Of a stretch of DNA of 64,000 bases, positions 41,796 through 52,052 are shown one piece after another. Both the position numbers and the translations under genes were made by a program. A model generated the notes under the pieces. That model was not told the origin of the DNA. It ran no database searches and saw only the letters and a list, made by a program, of their open reading frames with translations. Origin of the DNA: an uncultured Gemmatimonadales bacterium (GTDB lineage: Bacteria > Gemmatimonadota > Gemmatimonadetes > Longimicrobiales > RSA9); the NCBI GenBank assembly GCA_963741945.1, contig CAVUKA010000001.1, forward strand, positions 352,001 to 416,000, read 5' to 3'. Numbering within the stretch: position 1 is the first letter of the stretch; each line of letters starts with the position of its first letter.

Positions 41796-42166
41796 GGGGT
41801 CTCTCCGGTTGTGCCGGACCCGCTCTCCGCCGCTCGGGCCTCGACTTCATAAGGATTGGCCTGGTATCCGTGACAAATATGGGCGCCCACGTAGCGGAAT
41901 GGAAAGAGCAGCGGCTCACGCCTCCACTGCGCCACGTGCGCCAGCTCGTGCCGGAGCAGCCGCGAACCCGGCTGCACCGACGGGTGCACCAGGATCGTGC
42001 GTCCCAGCGTGACGGCGGCCGCGGGACCGCCCATCCCGGCCAGACGACCTCCCAGTCCGGTCAGCAGCCGCGACCGCCGCACGGCGGTGCGCGGCGGCAG
42101 CTCCTCGTCCACGGAAACGACCTCGCCCGCCAGCAGGCGCGCAAGACCTTCCACCAGTAGGCTCAT
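41792..42166 (-). CDS. DUF4157-like protein (HExxH)
   Basis: AVTLGRTI, LLRHELAHVAQW, NPYEVEAR. Confidence 0.7.
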   Translation of the reverse strand: MSLLVEGLARLLAGEVVSVDEELPPRTAVRRSRLLTGLGGRLAGMGGPAAAVTLGRTILVHPSVQPGSRLLRHELAHVAQWRREPLLFPFRYVGAHICHGYQANPYEVEARAAESGSGTTGETP

Positions 42167-44517
42167 CGTCCGATCTCCCGTTCGCGCCGCAGGTCGAGCC
42201 GGCCATTCCGGTCGGCGGAAATGACGACAGCCCCATCTTCATCCGTCCTGAAGATGCGAATACCGTGCTGCTGGAGTCGGCGAAGGACGGATCCGGCCGG
42301 GTGCCCGTAGTGATTGTGACGTCCGACGGAGACGAGCGCCACCCGGGGGTGAAGCGCGGCGAGGAGCGCCTCCCCCGTAGACGTGGCGCTGCCATGGTGG
42401 CCGACCTTGAGCACCGTCGCCTGGAGCCGGTCGCCGTAGCGAAGGACGATCTCGTCCTCGACCGCGAGGGGTGCATCGCCGGTCAGGAGCGCCGAGAACG
42501 CGCCATACGAGACACGCATGACGACGCACGCCGCGTTGACGTCATCGACGCGTGGTGACACGGTGGCCGGGTGTACGATTTCGATGGTGACGCCATCAAT
42601 GTCCAGTGTCACGCCTCTCGAGAGGCCCACCCACGGGACCCCCGCCTCGGCCGTGACCCGGAGCACGTCCACGTACAGCCCCTTCCCTGCCGGCACACCG
42701 GGATCCCCGACCCAGCGCGGGCGCAGGGCCCGCACCACCGCGGCCGATCCGCCGGTGTGGTCGCCATCCGGGTGGGTGAGCACGAGCGCCTCCAGGCGCC
42801 GGGCACCGTGGCGACGGAGGTACGGCACCACCACCCGCTCGCCTGCGTCGTAGCCGTTCGATGCCGGTCCGGCGTCCACGAGCACCCAGCGTCCGGCCGG
42901 GGAGCGGAGGGCGAAAGCGTCGCCCTGCCCCACGTCGATCATGTGGATCTCCACACGACCGCTTGCCGGCCGGACGGGCCCGAGCAGCAGCACGACGGCG
43001 CTGATGGCACCCCAGGCGGCGAGGCGCGACACCGGGCGCAGGCGCCCGAGCCGCCGCGAGACCAGGTAGCCTGCCAGGACCGCGCAGGCGAGGAGGAGAA
43101 CGCCAGGCCCGCTCACGGTGAACGCGCCCCCTGGCACCGCAGCCGCGAAGGTGGCGACGCGGTCGAGGAGGGCGAGCAGGGCGTTGCCCGCCCCGGCCAC
43201 GAACGTTCCGGCCGCGGGCCAGAGGAGGGCGAGCAGGAGGGAGAGGGCGAGCGTCGGGATGATGGCGCCGACCAGGGGAATGGCGGCGAGGTTGGCCAGC
43301 ACGCCCACGGGCGCGACGCGGCCGAAGTGCCACGCGGCCACCGGTGCCGTAGCCAGGGTGGCGGAAAGGCTGGTGGCGATGCCGTCCGTCCCCCAGCGGA
43401 TCGCGGACGCCGCGCGGCGCCCCGTCCGCGAGCCGCCCCCGGTGGCCCGACCGACAGCCGCGCGGATGCGCGTCAGGAGCGGGCGCCGCAGGAACAGGAT
43501 CCCGCCCACGCCAGCGAACGAGAGCTGGAAGCCGGGCGCGAGGGCGGACGCCGGGTCGCATGCCAGGAGCACCAGGGCGGCGGTCGCGATCAGGGAGGCC
43601 GCCTGCGCCGGGCGCTGCAGCGCGCGGCCGGACAGGAGCAGGACGATCTGCACGGCTGCCCGGGTGGCCGCCGCGGGCGCGCCCAGGAACGCCACGTATG
43701 CAACAGTCCCCGCCGCGGCGGCAGGCGGCCCGACCCGCCGCGGCAGGCGGGCTGCGCCGGCCAGGAGCAGGAGCACGCCGGCGATGAGCCCGACATGGAG
43801 CCCGGATATGGCCAGCAGGTGGCTCAGCCCGGCACGGGCGAACCGCTCACGGACCTCGGTATCGAGCGCATCCCGCTGCGCCAGCAGCAGTGAGGCGACG
43901 AGCCCCGCCCGCCGCGGATACAGCGCGTCCACCCGCGACCTCGCCCCTTCCCGCATCGCCCCCAGCATTCGCCGCAGCGGGGCCGGCCTTGAAGAGGGAC
44001 CCGACCAGGCGCTGTCCACGAGCAGGAGCGCACCGCCGCCGAGCGCGCCCGCCCCCGGCGCCCGCCACAACCGCGCAATCGCCCCGAAGCCGGCAGCCGA
44101 TGCGGGCGGTGAGCCGAGCCGGGCCGCGTCCCAGCGAGCGCCCACCTCCATCGTGCACGGGGTGGTGCGGCCTCCGGATTCGACGGCCGTGATCCGGACG
44201 CGGGGGGCGGGACCACCCTGCAGCACCGTCCCCTGCACCCGGAGCCTTGTTTCCGCCGGCAGGTGGGCAGCGCAGGAGGCGCGGGCCTGGGCGAGGCGCG
44301 CCGTGCCCGTGGCGCACCCCGCTGCGAGCATGAGGGCGAGCAACCCGTGCGTCCCGGTCCGCAGCCGACCCGCGGCCGCGAGCGTCGATGCGGCGAGGGC
44401 CAGGAGCACGGCTGGCAGGAGGAGCGTTTCGAGCCGGGCGGACGGAAGCCGTGTCAGGCCGCAGGCGATTCCGGCGGCGAAGACCACTGCGGCCGGGAGG
44501 AGAGGGGCGCGGGGCAC
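42163..44517 (-). CDS. comEC: ComEC/Rec2 DNA-uptake competence protein
   Basis: GLSHLLAISGLHV, GFQLSF, DVGQGD, THPDGDH.GG, KVGHHGS. Confidence 0.93.
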   Translation of the reverse strand: MPRAPLLPAAVVFAAGIACGLTRLPSARLETLLLPAVLLALAASTLAAAGRLRTGTHGLLALMLAAGCATGTARLAQARASCAAHLPAETRLRVQGTVLQGGPAPRVRITAVESGGRTTPCTMEVGARWDAARLGSPPASAAGFGAIARLWRAPGAGALGGGALLLVDSAWSGPSSRPAPLRRMLGAMREGARSRVDALYPRRAGLVASLLLAQRDALDTEVRERFARAGLSHLLAISGLHVGLIAGVLLLLAGAARLPRRVGPPAAAAGTVAYVAFLGAPAAATRAAVQIVLLLSGRALQRPAQAASLIATAALVLLACDPASALAPGFQLSFAGVGGILFLRRPLLTRIRAAVGRATGGGSRTGRRAASAIRWGTDGIATSLSATLATAPVAAWHFGRVAPVGVLANLAAIPLVGAIIPTLALSLLLALLWPAAGTFVAGAGNALLALLDRVATFAAAVPGGAFTVSGPGVLLLACAVLAGYLVSRRLGRLRPVSRLAAWGAISAVVLLLGPVRPASGRVEIHMIDVGQGDAFALRSPAGRWVLVDAGPASNGYDAGERVVVPYLRRHGARRLEALVLTHPDGDHTGGSAAVVRALRPRWVGDPGVPAGKGLYVDVLRVTAEAGVPWVGLSRGVTLDIDGVTIEIVHPATVSPRVDDVNAACVVMRVSYGAFSALLTGDAPLAVEDEIVLRYGDRLQATVLKVGHHGSATSTGEALLAALHPRVALVSVGRHNHYGHPAGSVLRRLQQHGIRIFRTDEDGAVVISADRNGRLDLRREREIGR

Positions 44518-44554
44518 TCAGCGCCGCCGCGTCCTGGGCCGGAAGGCCCCGGTA

Positions 44555-46024
44555 TCAGGCCACGCGCACCGCGTCGCCGGGGATGCGGGTGCCGACGAAC
44601 GTGGCGCCCGTGGTGCTGTCGAGGCGAACGGTCGTGAAGCGGCCGATGAGGTCCATCGAACCGGGAAACGCCACGACCTTGTTGCGCACCGTGCGCCCGA
44701 GCATGTCGCCTTCGCTGCGGGCGGAGCGCTCGACCAGCACGTTCTCCACGCGCCCGACCTCCGAGCGGTTGATCTCCGCCTGGATCGCCCGCTGCACGTC
44801 GATGAGGCGCTGCAGCCGGGCCTGCCCCACCGCGTCCGGAAGGAAGTCCTCCGCGGGCAACCGGGTGGCCGGCGTCCCCTCCCGGGGCGAGTAGCGATAG
44901 AGGAACGCGTCATCGAAGCGGACCGTCCGCATGAGCTCCAGCGTGGCCTCGTACTCCTGCTCCGTCTCACCCGGGAACGCCACGATCACGTCCGTGGACA
45001 GCGCCAGGTCGGGGATGGCGCCCCGCACCGCCTCCACGATCTCGAGGTAGCGCTCCACCGTATACCGCCGCACCATCCGCTTCAGGATGCGATCACTCCC
45101 GGACTGGACCGGGAGGTGCAGCTGCCGGCACACGGCCGGCTCCTCCGCCATGGCCGCGACGAGCCCGGGCGTCACGTCGTTCGGGTGCGGCGACGTGAAG
45201 CGGACGCGGCGGATCCCGTCCACCCGCGCCACGGCCCGGAGCAGGCGGCCGAAGTCCCAGTCCCCGTGCGCGTAGGAGTTCACGGTCTGCCCCAGCAGTG
45301 TGACTTCCGTCACTCCGTGCTCGACCAGCGACCGGACTTCGGCGAGCACCTGCCCGGGCTCACGGTTCTTCTCGCCGCCCCGCACGTACGGGACGATGCA
45401 GTACGTGCAGCGGTAGTCACAGCCGCGCTGCACGGGCACCCACGCGCTCACCCCACCCGTGCGCCGCACCTCCAGGCCCTCGTAGTTCTCGTGCGGCGCG
45501 AACTCCAGCACCGCCATGCGACGATCCTCCGGCGCGCTCGCGGGCCCGCCCGGCAGCACCGGGAGCGACCGGCCCCGCGAGCCGGCCGCGGCCGCGCCGG
45601 TGCCGGTTCCCGCTGCCCCACCAGCGGCCGATCCGAGTCCCGATCGCACACGCGCCAGCACCTCCGGCAGACTGCGGTACCCGTCCGGTCCCATCACGAG
45701 GTCGATGTACGGCGCCTGATCGAGCAGCCGCTCACCGAGTCGCTGCGCCATGCACCCGGTGACCCCGATCACGAGATCCGGGTTCGAGCGCTTCAGCCGG
45801 TTCAGCTCCCCCACCCGCCCCAGCACCCGCTGCTCCGCGTGCTCCCGGATCGCGCACGTGTTCACCAGGATCACGTCCGCGTCCTCGGGGCGGTCGGCCA
45901 CGTCGAAGCCATGCGACGCCAGGATGCCCTCCATCAGCTCGCCATCGCTGATGTTCATCTGGCAGCCGTACGTCTCGACGTAGGCCTTGCGGGAAGGGTG
46001 CGGCCGGCGAAGGGGCGATGCCAT
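44555..46024 (-). CDS. miaB: tRNA methylthiotransferase MiaB
   Basis: TYGCQMN, NTCAIRE.AE, GCDYRCTYCIVP, FTSPHP, TRAM domain. Confidence 0.96.
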   Translation of the reverse strand: MASPLRRPHPSRKAYVETYGCQMNISDGELMEGILASHGFDVADRPEDADVILVNTCAIREHAEQRVLGRVGELNRLKRSNPDLVIGVTGCMAQRLGERLLDQAPYIDLVMGPDGYRSLPEVLARVRSGLGSAAGGAAGTGTGAAAAGSRGRSLPVLPGGPASAPEDRRMAVLEFAPHENYEGLEVRRTGGVSAWVPVQRGCDYRCTYCIVPYVRGGEKNREPGQVLAEVRSLVEHGVTEVTLLGQTVNSYAHGDWDFGRLLRAVARVDGIRRVRFTSPHPNDVTPGLVAAMAEEPAVCRQLHLPVQSGSDRILKRMVRRYTVERYLEIVEAVRGAIPDLALSTDVIVAFPGETEQEYEATLELMRTVRFDDAFLYRYSPREGTPATRLPAEDFLPDAVGQARLQRLIDVQRAIQAEINRSEVGRVENVLVERSARSEGDMLGRTVRNKVVAFPGSMDLIGRFTTVRLDSTTGATFVGTRIPGDAVRVA

Positions 46025-46035
46025 GGCGGACCGGG

Positions 46036-47244
46036 TCAGGTTCCGAAGAGCGCAATGGAAAGCCCCACCCGCCACATGCTTTCGCTCAGGTCGCCCACCG
46101 TGGCGTCGCCCGCGGCCGTGCGGGAGCCCCGCTGAATGGACAGGTCCACGGAGGCCACCGGATTGGTCGGATCGGCGCCCACGCGCATCCCGAGCCCGCC
46201 GCCCACGAACCACTCGGCGGGCGCGTCGCTGACGAACGTGAACGGGAGCTGACGGTAGCCGCCGCCGAGGCGCACCGGGAACGTGCGGAGACTGCGGCCG
46301 TCGCTCCGGGTCCACTCCAGCCCGCCACCCACCTCCCACGTGTCGCGGGTTTCCAGCTCGGGACCGCCAGAGGGCGAGTAGACGGCGCCCTGCGTGGCGC
46401 TCCATCCGCTCCAGCGACCGGACAGCGCCGCGAGCAGTCCGGGAGCCAGGTATCCGCTGGCGCCCGCGGCCACCTGGAGAGGCATGTCCAGCTCGCGGCT
46501 CGCCACGGGACCAGCCATGGAGTCGGCGGAGAGTGTGCCGGACCAGGTCACGCTGGCTGCCACCCGTAGTACGCTCATGGGATCCCAGTGGACGCCGAAC
46601 TGGGCCATGGGACCGCGGAACCGCCAGCGCGACGTCTCCTGGTAGGGCTGCAGGTTGGCCACCGACGTCGTGTCGAAGAGGCGACGATAGTCCACCCGCT
46701 GGTTACCGGCGTGCATTCCCACGGCCGCGCCGACCGCAAGCCGGGTCCCGATCGGGACCGCCACGCCCACCTGCAGCGTGCTGATCCCGCCATCGGATAT
46801 GAGGCGGTCCCGGTACGAGACCGTCTGGGAGCCGAGCGCCGCGGTCCCCTCCGAGACCACGCCCCAGCTCTGGTCCAGGAAGCCACCGTATCCGGCCGTC
46901 AGCACGACCGGGCCGGTGGGGAAGATCAGCCGCATCAGCGGGAACCGCGTCGTGCCCACCGTCTCGCTGCCTTCGCCCGTGCTCACGCTCCGCTGCGTCA
47001 CGTCCATCATCAGGACGCCGCCCTTGCGCAGCACCCCCGCGGCGGCGGTGGGGTCCACCATGCTCGACGAGAACCCCTGGAGCCCAATGCCCAGGCCGCC
47101 CAGGATCTCACCACGGGCATCCACCGGCAGGAGCGGATAGCCGAGCCCGCGGACCGAGGTCAGCGACTGCGCCGACGCGCCGCCTCCTCCCACCAGCCAC
47201 AGCATCACCACCGCCGCAGCGGCGGTCCAGCGTGTCGACCTCAC
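46036..47244 (-). CDS. Outer-membrane beta-barrel protein (FadL/PorV-like N-terminus)
   Basis: Signal peptide, GLGYP...ARG..LGG.GIG...DP, beta-rich; GTGA overlap with the upstream gene. Confidence 0.65.
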   Translation of the reverse strand: MRSTRWTAAAAVVMLWLVGGGGASAQSLTSVRGLGYPLLPVDARGEILGGLGIGLQGFSSSMVDPTAAAGVLRKGGVLMMDVTQRSVSTGEGSETVGTTRFPLMRLIFPTGPVVLTAGYGGFLDQSWGVVSEGTAALGSQTVSYRDRLISDGGISTLQVGVAVPIGTRLAVGAAVGMHAGNQRVDYRRLFDTTSVANLQPYQETSRWRFRGPMAQFGVHWDPMSVLRVAASVTWSGTLSADSMAGPVASRELDMPLQVAAGASGYLAPGLLAALSGRWSGWSATQGAVYSPSGGPELETRDTWEVGGGLEWTRSDGRSLRTFPVRLGGGYRQLPFTFVSDAPAEWFVGGGLGMRVGADPTNPVASVDLSIQRGSRTAAGDATVGDLSESMWRVGLSIALFGT

Positions 47245-48530
47245 GGCGCCACCTTCGACGCGGGCACAGTCACCACGATCCGGAGCCGGGGCCCGTTCCC
47301 GGTCGCCAGCGTCGCGAACGCGGCATACCCGAACGTGAGCCCCTCGCCGAACTCCGCTACCGCGAGCCAGGAGACGGCCATGCTGTCCGCCGCGGCCGCG
47401 GCCAGGTTCTGGACGAAGGTCGTCACCGGGACGTTCACGCGCGGCGGCGAGGGGGAGGAGCCATCGAACAGGTCGGCGCGCAGGCTGTCGGCGGTGACGC
47501 CCAGGGGCGAGCTCAGCGCCGAGCGCGTGATCGGCACGCCGGGGGCACCCAGGACCGAGCTGCTCTGGGCGAGCATCGGGCGCTCCAGGAGCCAGGCCCC
47601 CACGGGCACCGGTTGCAGCTGCAGGACGGCCGCGTTGATCTTCACCTCCGAGAGGGGCAGCGTGCAGGTGGTGGCGGTGGCGGAGCACGGCACCGGCAGA
47701 TCGAACAGCGGCCGGAAATGGAGCAGCGACCGCCAGCTGGGCAGGCCACCGACGCGCATTTCAGCCGGACCGGGCGCCGGGGGCTCCGGCGAGGCCACCA
47801 CGGTCTGGCCGCCAATGCCGCCCCCCGTCAGAACCGTGTCACGGAACGCGGGCAGCACGTCGAACGTCAGCGTCATGGAGCGGATGAAGATGCGGGCGTC
47901 CGGCGACGCGGCGCGCAGCATGCCCCCCATGTCCCCTGCCGCCGTATCGGACCAGACGGAAGCGGCAGCGGAGTCCAGCTGGATGCGCAGCGTGTCCCCC
48001 GACTCCCAGGTGGTCTCCGCCAGCACCGGCCCGGGCGTTCCGCCGGGTGTGGTCCACGGCTCGGACAGCGACGCCGTGTCGTAGCGCAGCTCCCAGCTCA
48101 CGGTCGACGGGTCCCAGTCCTGGGTGAGGTCCACCACCTGCAGCGCCACGGGTCCGGGCGTGCTCGCCATCGTGTCCACGATCACCGTCAGCGTCGCGCC
48201 ACCCAGCGTGGGGAAGCTGTCCGTATGCGCGACGTTGCCGCTGTCCGTGTAGCTCACGTTGCGCGGGCGCCGCACCTGGAAGAGGGTGTGGGCGTCCAGG
48301 ACGCCGTCATAGTCGTGCGCCACCATCCGGAAGCTCGCCCGGTTCAACGAGCCCAGGCTGTCATACGTGGTGTCCGCGAGGAGGAACTCCGTCGGGTCGA
48401 GGACCACGTCGAATGTCTCTGCGTGCTGCCCGACCAGACCGACACCCACCGTGGTGGGGCTCTCGTCGGCACAGCTGGCCAGGCTCACGATCGTCGCGAG
48501 GCCCAGCACCGTGATGGCTATCCGCCGCAT
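47241..48530 (-). CDS. Hypothetical lipoprotein
   Basis: Lipobox LASC; beta-rich 429-aa ORF in an operon. Confidence 0.75.
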   Translation of the reverse strand: MRRIAITVLGLATIVSLASCADESPTTVGVGLVGQHAETFDVVLDPTEFLLADTTYDSLGSLNRASFRMVAHDYDGVLDAHTLFQVRRPRNVSYTDSGNVAHTDSFPTLGGATLTVIVDTMASTPGPVALQVVDLTQDWDPSTVSWELRYDTASLSEPWTTPGGTPGPVLAETTWESGDTLRIQLDSAAASVWSDTAAGDMGGMLRAASPDARIFIRSMTLTFDVLPAFRDTVLTGGGIGGQTVVASPEPPAPGPAEMRVGGLPSWRSLLHFRPLFDLPVPCSATATTCTLPLSEVKINAAVLQLQPVPVGAWLLERPMLAQSSSVLGAPGVPITRSALSSPLGVTADSLRADLFDGSSPSPPRVNVPVTTFVQNLAAAAADSMAVSWLAVAEFGEGLTFGYAAFATLATGNGPRLRIVVTVPASKVAP

Positions 48531-48552
48531 CTATCCTCTCTCGAGCTCCGTC

Positions 48553-49686
48553 TCATGCGCTCCGTTCCACCCTCGGCAACCGCGTCCCCAGCCCCGTCAG
48601 GATCTCGTACCCGATCGTACCCGCCAGCGCCGCCACTCCGTCGACACTCACCCGCGCTCCGCCATCCTCGCCGATGAACGTCACCACATCCCCGACCGCC
48701 GCCCCTTCCACACCGTCGAGGCGGATCGTGGTCAGATCCATGCTCACCCGCCCCACCATCGGCACCGGCCGTCCCCGCACCAGAGCGGTCCCCCGGTTCC
48801 CCAGCGACCGCGGCAGGCCATCGCCGTATCCGATCCCCACCGTGCCCCAGCGCTCCGGCCCGCGGGCCACGTGTGTGGCCCGGTACCCGACCGTGGTGCC
48901 CGGCGGCACATCCCGGACCAGCACCAGGCGCGCCCGCACCGACGCAACCGCGCGCGGTGGCGGCACGTCCGCCACCCGCGGCGCCGGATGCCCGCCGTAC
49001 AGAAAGATCCCGGGGCGGACCGCGTCCGCCCGGTACTCCGGCCAGCGCAGCGCCGCAGCGCTGTTCGCCGCGTGCACCAGGAGATCGGACGCGGGGACCG
49101 GGAGTTCTACGAGCGCGTCACGAAAACGTTCCCACTGCGTCGCGCTCGCTCGCGGATTCGGCGCGTCCGCACTGTGGAAATGAGTGAAGCACCCCGTCCA
49201 CCGAACGGCCCGGCCCATCCGTCGGAGCACCGCCGGCGCCCACTGCCCCACTTCGCGCCAGTCGAATCCGCTCCGACCCATTCCCGTGTCCACCTCGACA
49301 TGGAAATCCAGCGGCTCGCCACCCGCCCGCTCCGCCGCCGCCGCCCACGCATCCAGCCCATCCACCGACGAAATGGACGCCGTCAGCCGATGGGCCGCCG
49401 CCACGTCCACGGCCTGCGGCGACATCGGGCCCACAACCAGGACCGGTCGCGTGATGCCATACGATCGCAGCGCTTCTCCCTCCGACGCCGTGGCCACGCC
49501 GAAGCCCCACGGCTCCAAGGGGTCCAGCGTGCGGACCACGCCCCGGGCACCCAGTCCGTACGCGTCCGCTTTCACCATCGGGATCACGGCCGTGCCGTAC
49601 CCCGTGGAGCGCCGGATCGTATCATAGTTTGCGCGCACGGCGTCGAGATCCACCTCGATCCATGCGCGCGCTTCACCGATTGCCAT
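48553..49686 (-). CDS. alr: Alanine racemase
   Basis: MVKADAYGLG, DTGMGRSG, HAANSA, RPGIFLYG, GRVSMD, TIGYE. Confidence 0.96.
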   Translation of the reverse strand: MAIGEARAWIEVDLDAVRANYDTIRRSTGYGTAVIPMVKADAYGLGARGVVRTLDPLEPWGFGVATASEGEALRSYGITRPVLVVGPMSPQAVDVAAAHRLTASISSVDGLDAWAAAAERAGGEPLDFHVEVDTGMGRSGFDWREVGQWAPAVLRRMGRAVRWTGCFTHFHSADAPNPRASATQWERFRDALVELPVPASDLLVHAANSAAALRWPEYRADAVRPGIFLYGGHPAPRVADVPPPRAVASVRARLVLVRDVPPGTTVGYRATHVARGPERWGTVGIGYGDGLPRSLGNRGTALVRGRPVPMVGRVSMDLTTIRLDGVEGAAVGDVVTFIGEDGGARVSVDGVAALAGTIGYEILTGLGTRLPRVERSA

Positions 49687-49718
49687 AACACGCAAAGAAT
49701 GAATAGTATAGGCGCGCC

Positions 49719-50567
49719 GTGAAGCCCAAGCAATCGGACGCGCTCGAACGCGTCACGGATCTGGTCCGGTTCCTCCGGGCCCGCTGCCCGTGGGATGCCG
49801 CGCAGACGCCGCGCTCTCTCATCCCCTATCTCCTGGAAGAGGCCCACGAGTGCGCCGACGCCATCACCGATGGTGATGATGACGCGCTCCGCGCCGAACT
49901 GGGCGACCTCCTCCTCAACCTCGCCTTCCAGCTCGTGCTCGCCGACGAGCGCCACGCGTTCGATGCCGATGCCGTGGCCGAGACGGTGATCGAGAAGATG
50001 CGACGTCGCCACCCTCACCTCTTCGGGCTCGGCGAGAAGGAGGAGTGGGAAACGCTGAAGGCCAGGGAGCGGGAGGCCGATGCCAGCCTTCTGCACGGGG
50101 TGGCCCGGGGGCTGGATCCGCTCAGCAAGGCCCACCGGATCCAGGACCGCGTGGCCGCCGTGGGCTTCGACTGGGCCGATGCCACCGGCGCGTTCGAGAA
50201 AGTGGCGGAAGAGCTGGAGGAGGTCCGGGAAGCGATGGCGGCGCTGCGCACCGCGCCTGCGTCGGAGCCGGGCCGGGGGACCACGACGGACGCGCACTCG
50301 GCCGCGGACGGCGAGTCTCCGGAGCGGGCGGCGCTGGAAGAGGAGCTGGGCGACCTGCTGTTCGCAGTGGTCAACCTGACCCGTCTGGCCGGATCGCACG
50401 CGCTGACGGCGCTGCACTCTGCGAACGCCAAATTCACGCGCAGGTTCGAGGCACTCGAGCGCCTGGCGTCGGAGCGGGGTGTCGAGCTGCGCACCGCCGG
50501 TCTGCCGGCGCTCGACGCTCTCTGGGACGAGATCAAGGCCGGAGAAGCGGGGAAGTCCGGAAGCTAG
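49719..50567 (+). CDS. mazG: MazG nucleoside triphosphate pyrophosphohydrolase
   Basis: CPWD..QT, LEE..E, ELGDLL twice, KM.RRHPH, GFDW. Confidence 0.93.
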   Translation: MKPKQSDALERVTDLVRFLRARCPWDAAQTPRSLIPYLLEEAHECADAITDGDDDALRAELGDLLLNLAFQLVLADERHAFDADAVAETVIEKMRRRHPHLFGLGEKEEWETLKAREREADASLLHGVARGLDPLSKAHRIQDRVAAVGFDWADATGAFEKVAEELEEVREAMAALRTAPASEPGRGTTTDAHSAADGESPERAALEEELGDLLFAVVNLTRLAGSHALTALHSANAKFTRRFEALERLASERGVELRTAGLPALDALWDEIKAGEAGKSGS

Positions 50568-50594
50568 TCCCGGTGCGAGGCCGCCAGTCCGGGC

Positions 50595-51893
50595 CTACGG
50601 ATAGAGCCGGTTGATCAGCCTCGGGAACGGGATCAGCTCCCGGATGTGTCTGCGCCCCGTGATGTACGCCACCGTCCGCTCGAGCCCCAGCCCGAAGCCC
50701 GAGTGGGGGAATCCACCGTACTTCCGCAGGTCCAGGTACCAGCCGTACGCCTCTTCGGGGAGCTTCTGCTCGCGAATGCGCCCGAGCAGCTTCTCGTAAT
50801 CGTCCTCGCGCTGGCTGCCGCCAATGATCTCGCCATAGCCCTCCGGGGCGAGCAGGTCGTCGCACAGGACGGTGCGCGGATCGGCCGGGTTCTCCTTCAT
50901 GTAGAACGCCTTCGCCTGTTTCGGATAGTTGTAGACGAAGACGGGGCGGTCATGCTGCTCGCTGATGGCCGCCTCGTGGGGAGCGCCCAGATCGTCGCCC
51001 CATTCGATCGCGTGACCTTCGCGATCGAGGAACTCCACGGCCTCGGTGTAGCTCACGCGCGGGAACGGCGGCTTCACGTTCTCGAGCCTCTTCACATCGC
51101 GCTCGAGGGTTTCCAGCTCCTCCGCACAGTTCTCCACCGCCCGCTGCACCAGGTAGGAGACGAATTCCTCCTGGAGCCGCATGTTGTCGTCGGAATCGGC
51201 GAACGCCACTTCCGGCTCGCACATCCAGAACTCGGTCAGGTGGCGCCGCGTCTTGGATTTCTCCGCGCGGAACGTCGGGCCGAAGCAGTAGACCTTCCGG
51301 AACGCCGCGGCCGCGGCCTCCGCGTAGAGCTGGCCGGTCTGGGCGAGGAAGGCCTTGTCGCCGAAATAGTCGGTTTCGAAGAGCGTGCCCGCGCTCTCGC
51401 CAATGGCGCCGGAGAGGATCGGTGTGTCGATGCGGACGAACCCCCGGTCGTAGAAGAAGTCGTGGATCCCTTTCTCGACCTCGTCGCGGACGCGCAGCCC
51501 GGCACGCTGCTGCGTCGATCGGAGCCAGAGGTGCCGGTGATCGAGGAGGAATTCGACTCCGTGCTCCTTGGGCTGGATCGGGTACTCGCCGATGGTTTCG
51601 GACACCAGCTCCAGCGCGCTCAGTGTCAACTCGTACCCGCCAGGGGCCCGCTCGTCCGCGCGCACGGAGCCGGTCACCCGGATGCTGGACTCCTGCGTCA
51701 GGGTGCCGAAGCGCGCCCAGGTGGCTTCGTCCACTTCCTTCCTGGCGACCACGCACTGCACCACGCCCGTGCCGTCCCGCACCACGACGAACCCGATCTT
51801 CCCGTGCGAGCGCGTGGTCTCCACCCACCCCGCGACCTCCACGGTCTCGCCCTCGTGGCCCCCGAGCTCCCGCACCTCCACCATCTCTGCCAT
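50595..51893 (-). CDS. asnS: Asparagine--tRNA ligase
   Basis: [48 protein letters not shown]. Confidence 0.96.
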   Translation of the reverse strand: MAEMVEVRELGGHEGETVEVAGWVETTRSHGKIGFVVVRDGTGVVQCVVARKEVDEATWARFGTLTQESSIRVTGSVRADERAPGGYELTLSALELVSETIGEYPIQPKEHGVEFLLDHRHLWLRSTQQRAGLRVRDEVEKGIHDFFYDRGFVRIDTPILSGAIGESAGTLFETDYFGDKAFLAQTGQLYAEAAAAAFRKVYCFGPTFRAEKSKTRRHLTEFWMCEPEVAFADSDDNMRLQEEFVSYLVQRAVENCAEELETLERDVKRLENVKPPFPRVSYTEAVEFLDREGHAIEWGDDLGAPHEAAISEQHDRPVFVYNYPKQAKAFYMKENPADPRTVLCDDLLAPEGYGEIIGGSQREDDYEKLLGRIREQKLPEEAYGWYLDLRKYGGFPHSGFGLGLERTVAYITGRRHIRELIPFPRLINRLYP

Positions 51894-51994
51894 GGCTCCC
51901 CCAGACCTTCGTTCGTGTCGGAGGCGGAAGATGGCTGGTGAAATCCGTCCGCGTCAACGCGGGACCGTGGCGGCACCGCCGTCGACTCCCCCTG

Positions 51995-52009
51995 CGGCAC
52001 GGGGGTTGC
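51995..52009 (+). promoter_or_regulatory. sigma54-type (-24/-12) promoter
   Basis: CGGCAC-GGGGG-TTGC fits YGGCAC-N5-TTGC, ~45 nt before the PAP2 gene. Confidence 0.6.
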
Positions 52010-52052
52010 CTCTTCCTCCGGCCGAACACTCCGCTGACCTGGAGAGAGACCG

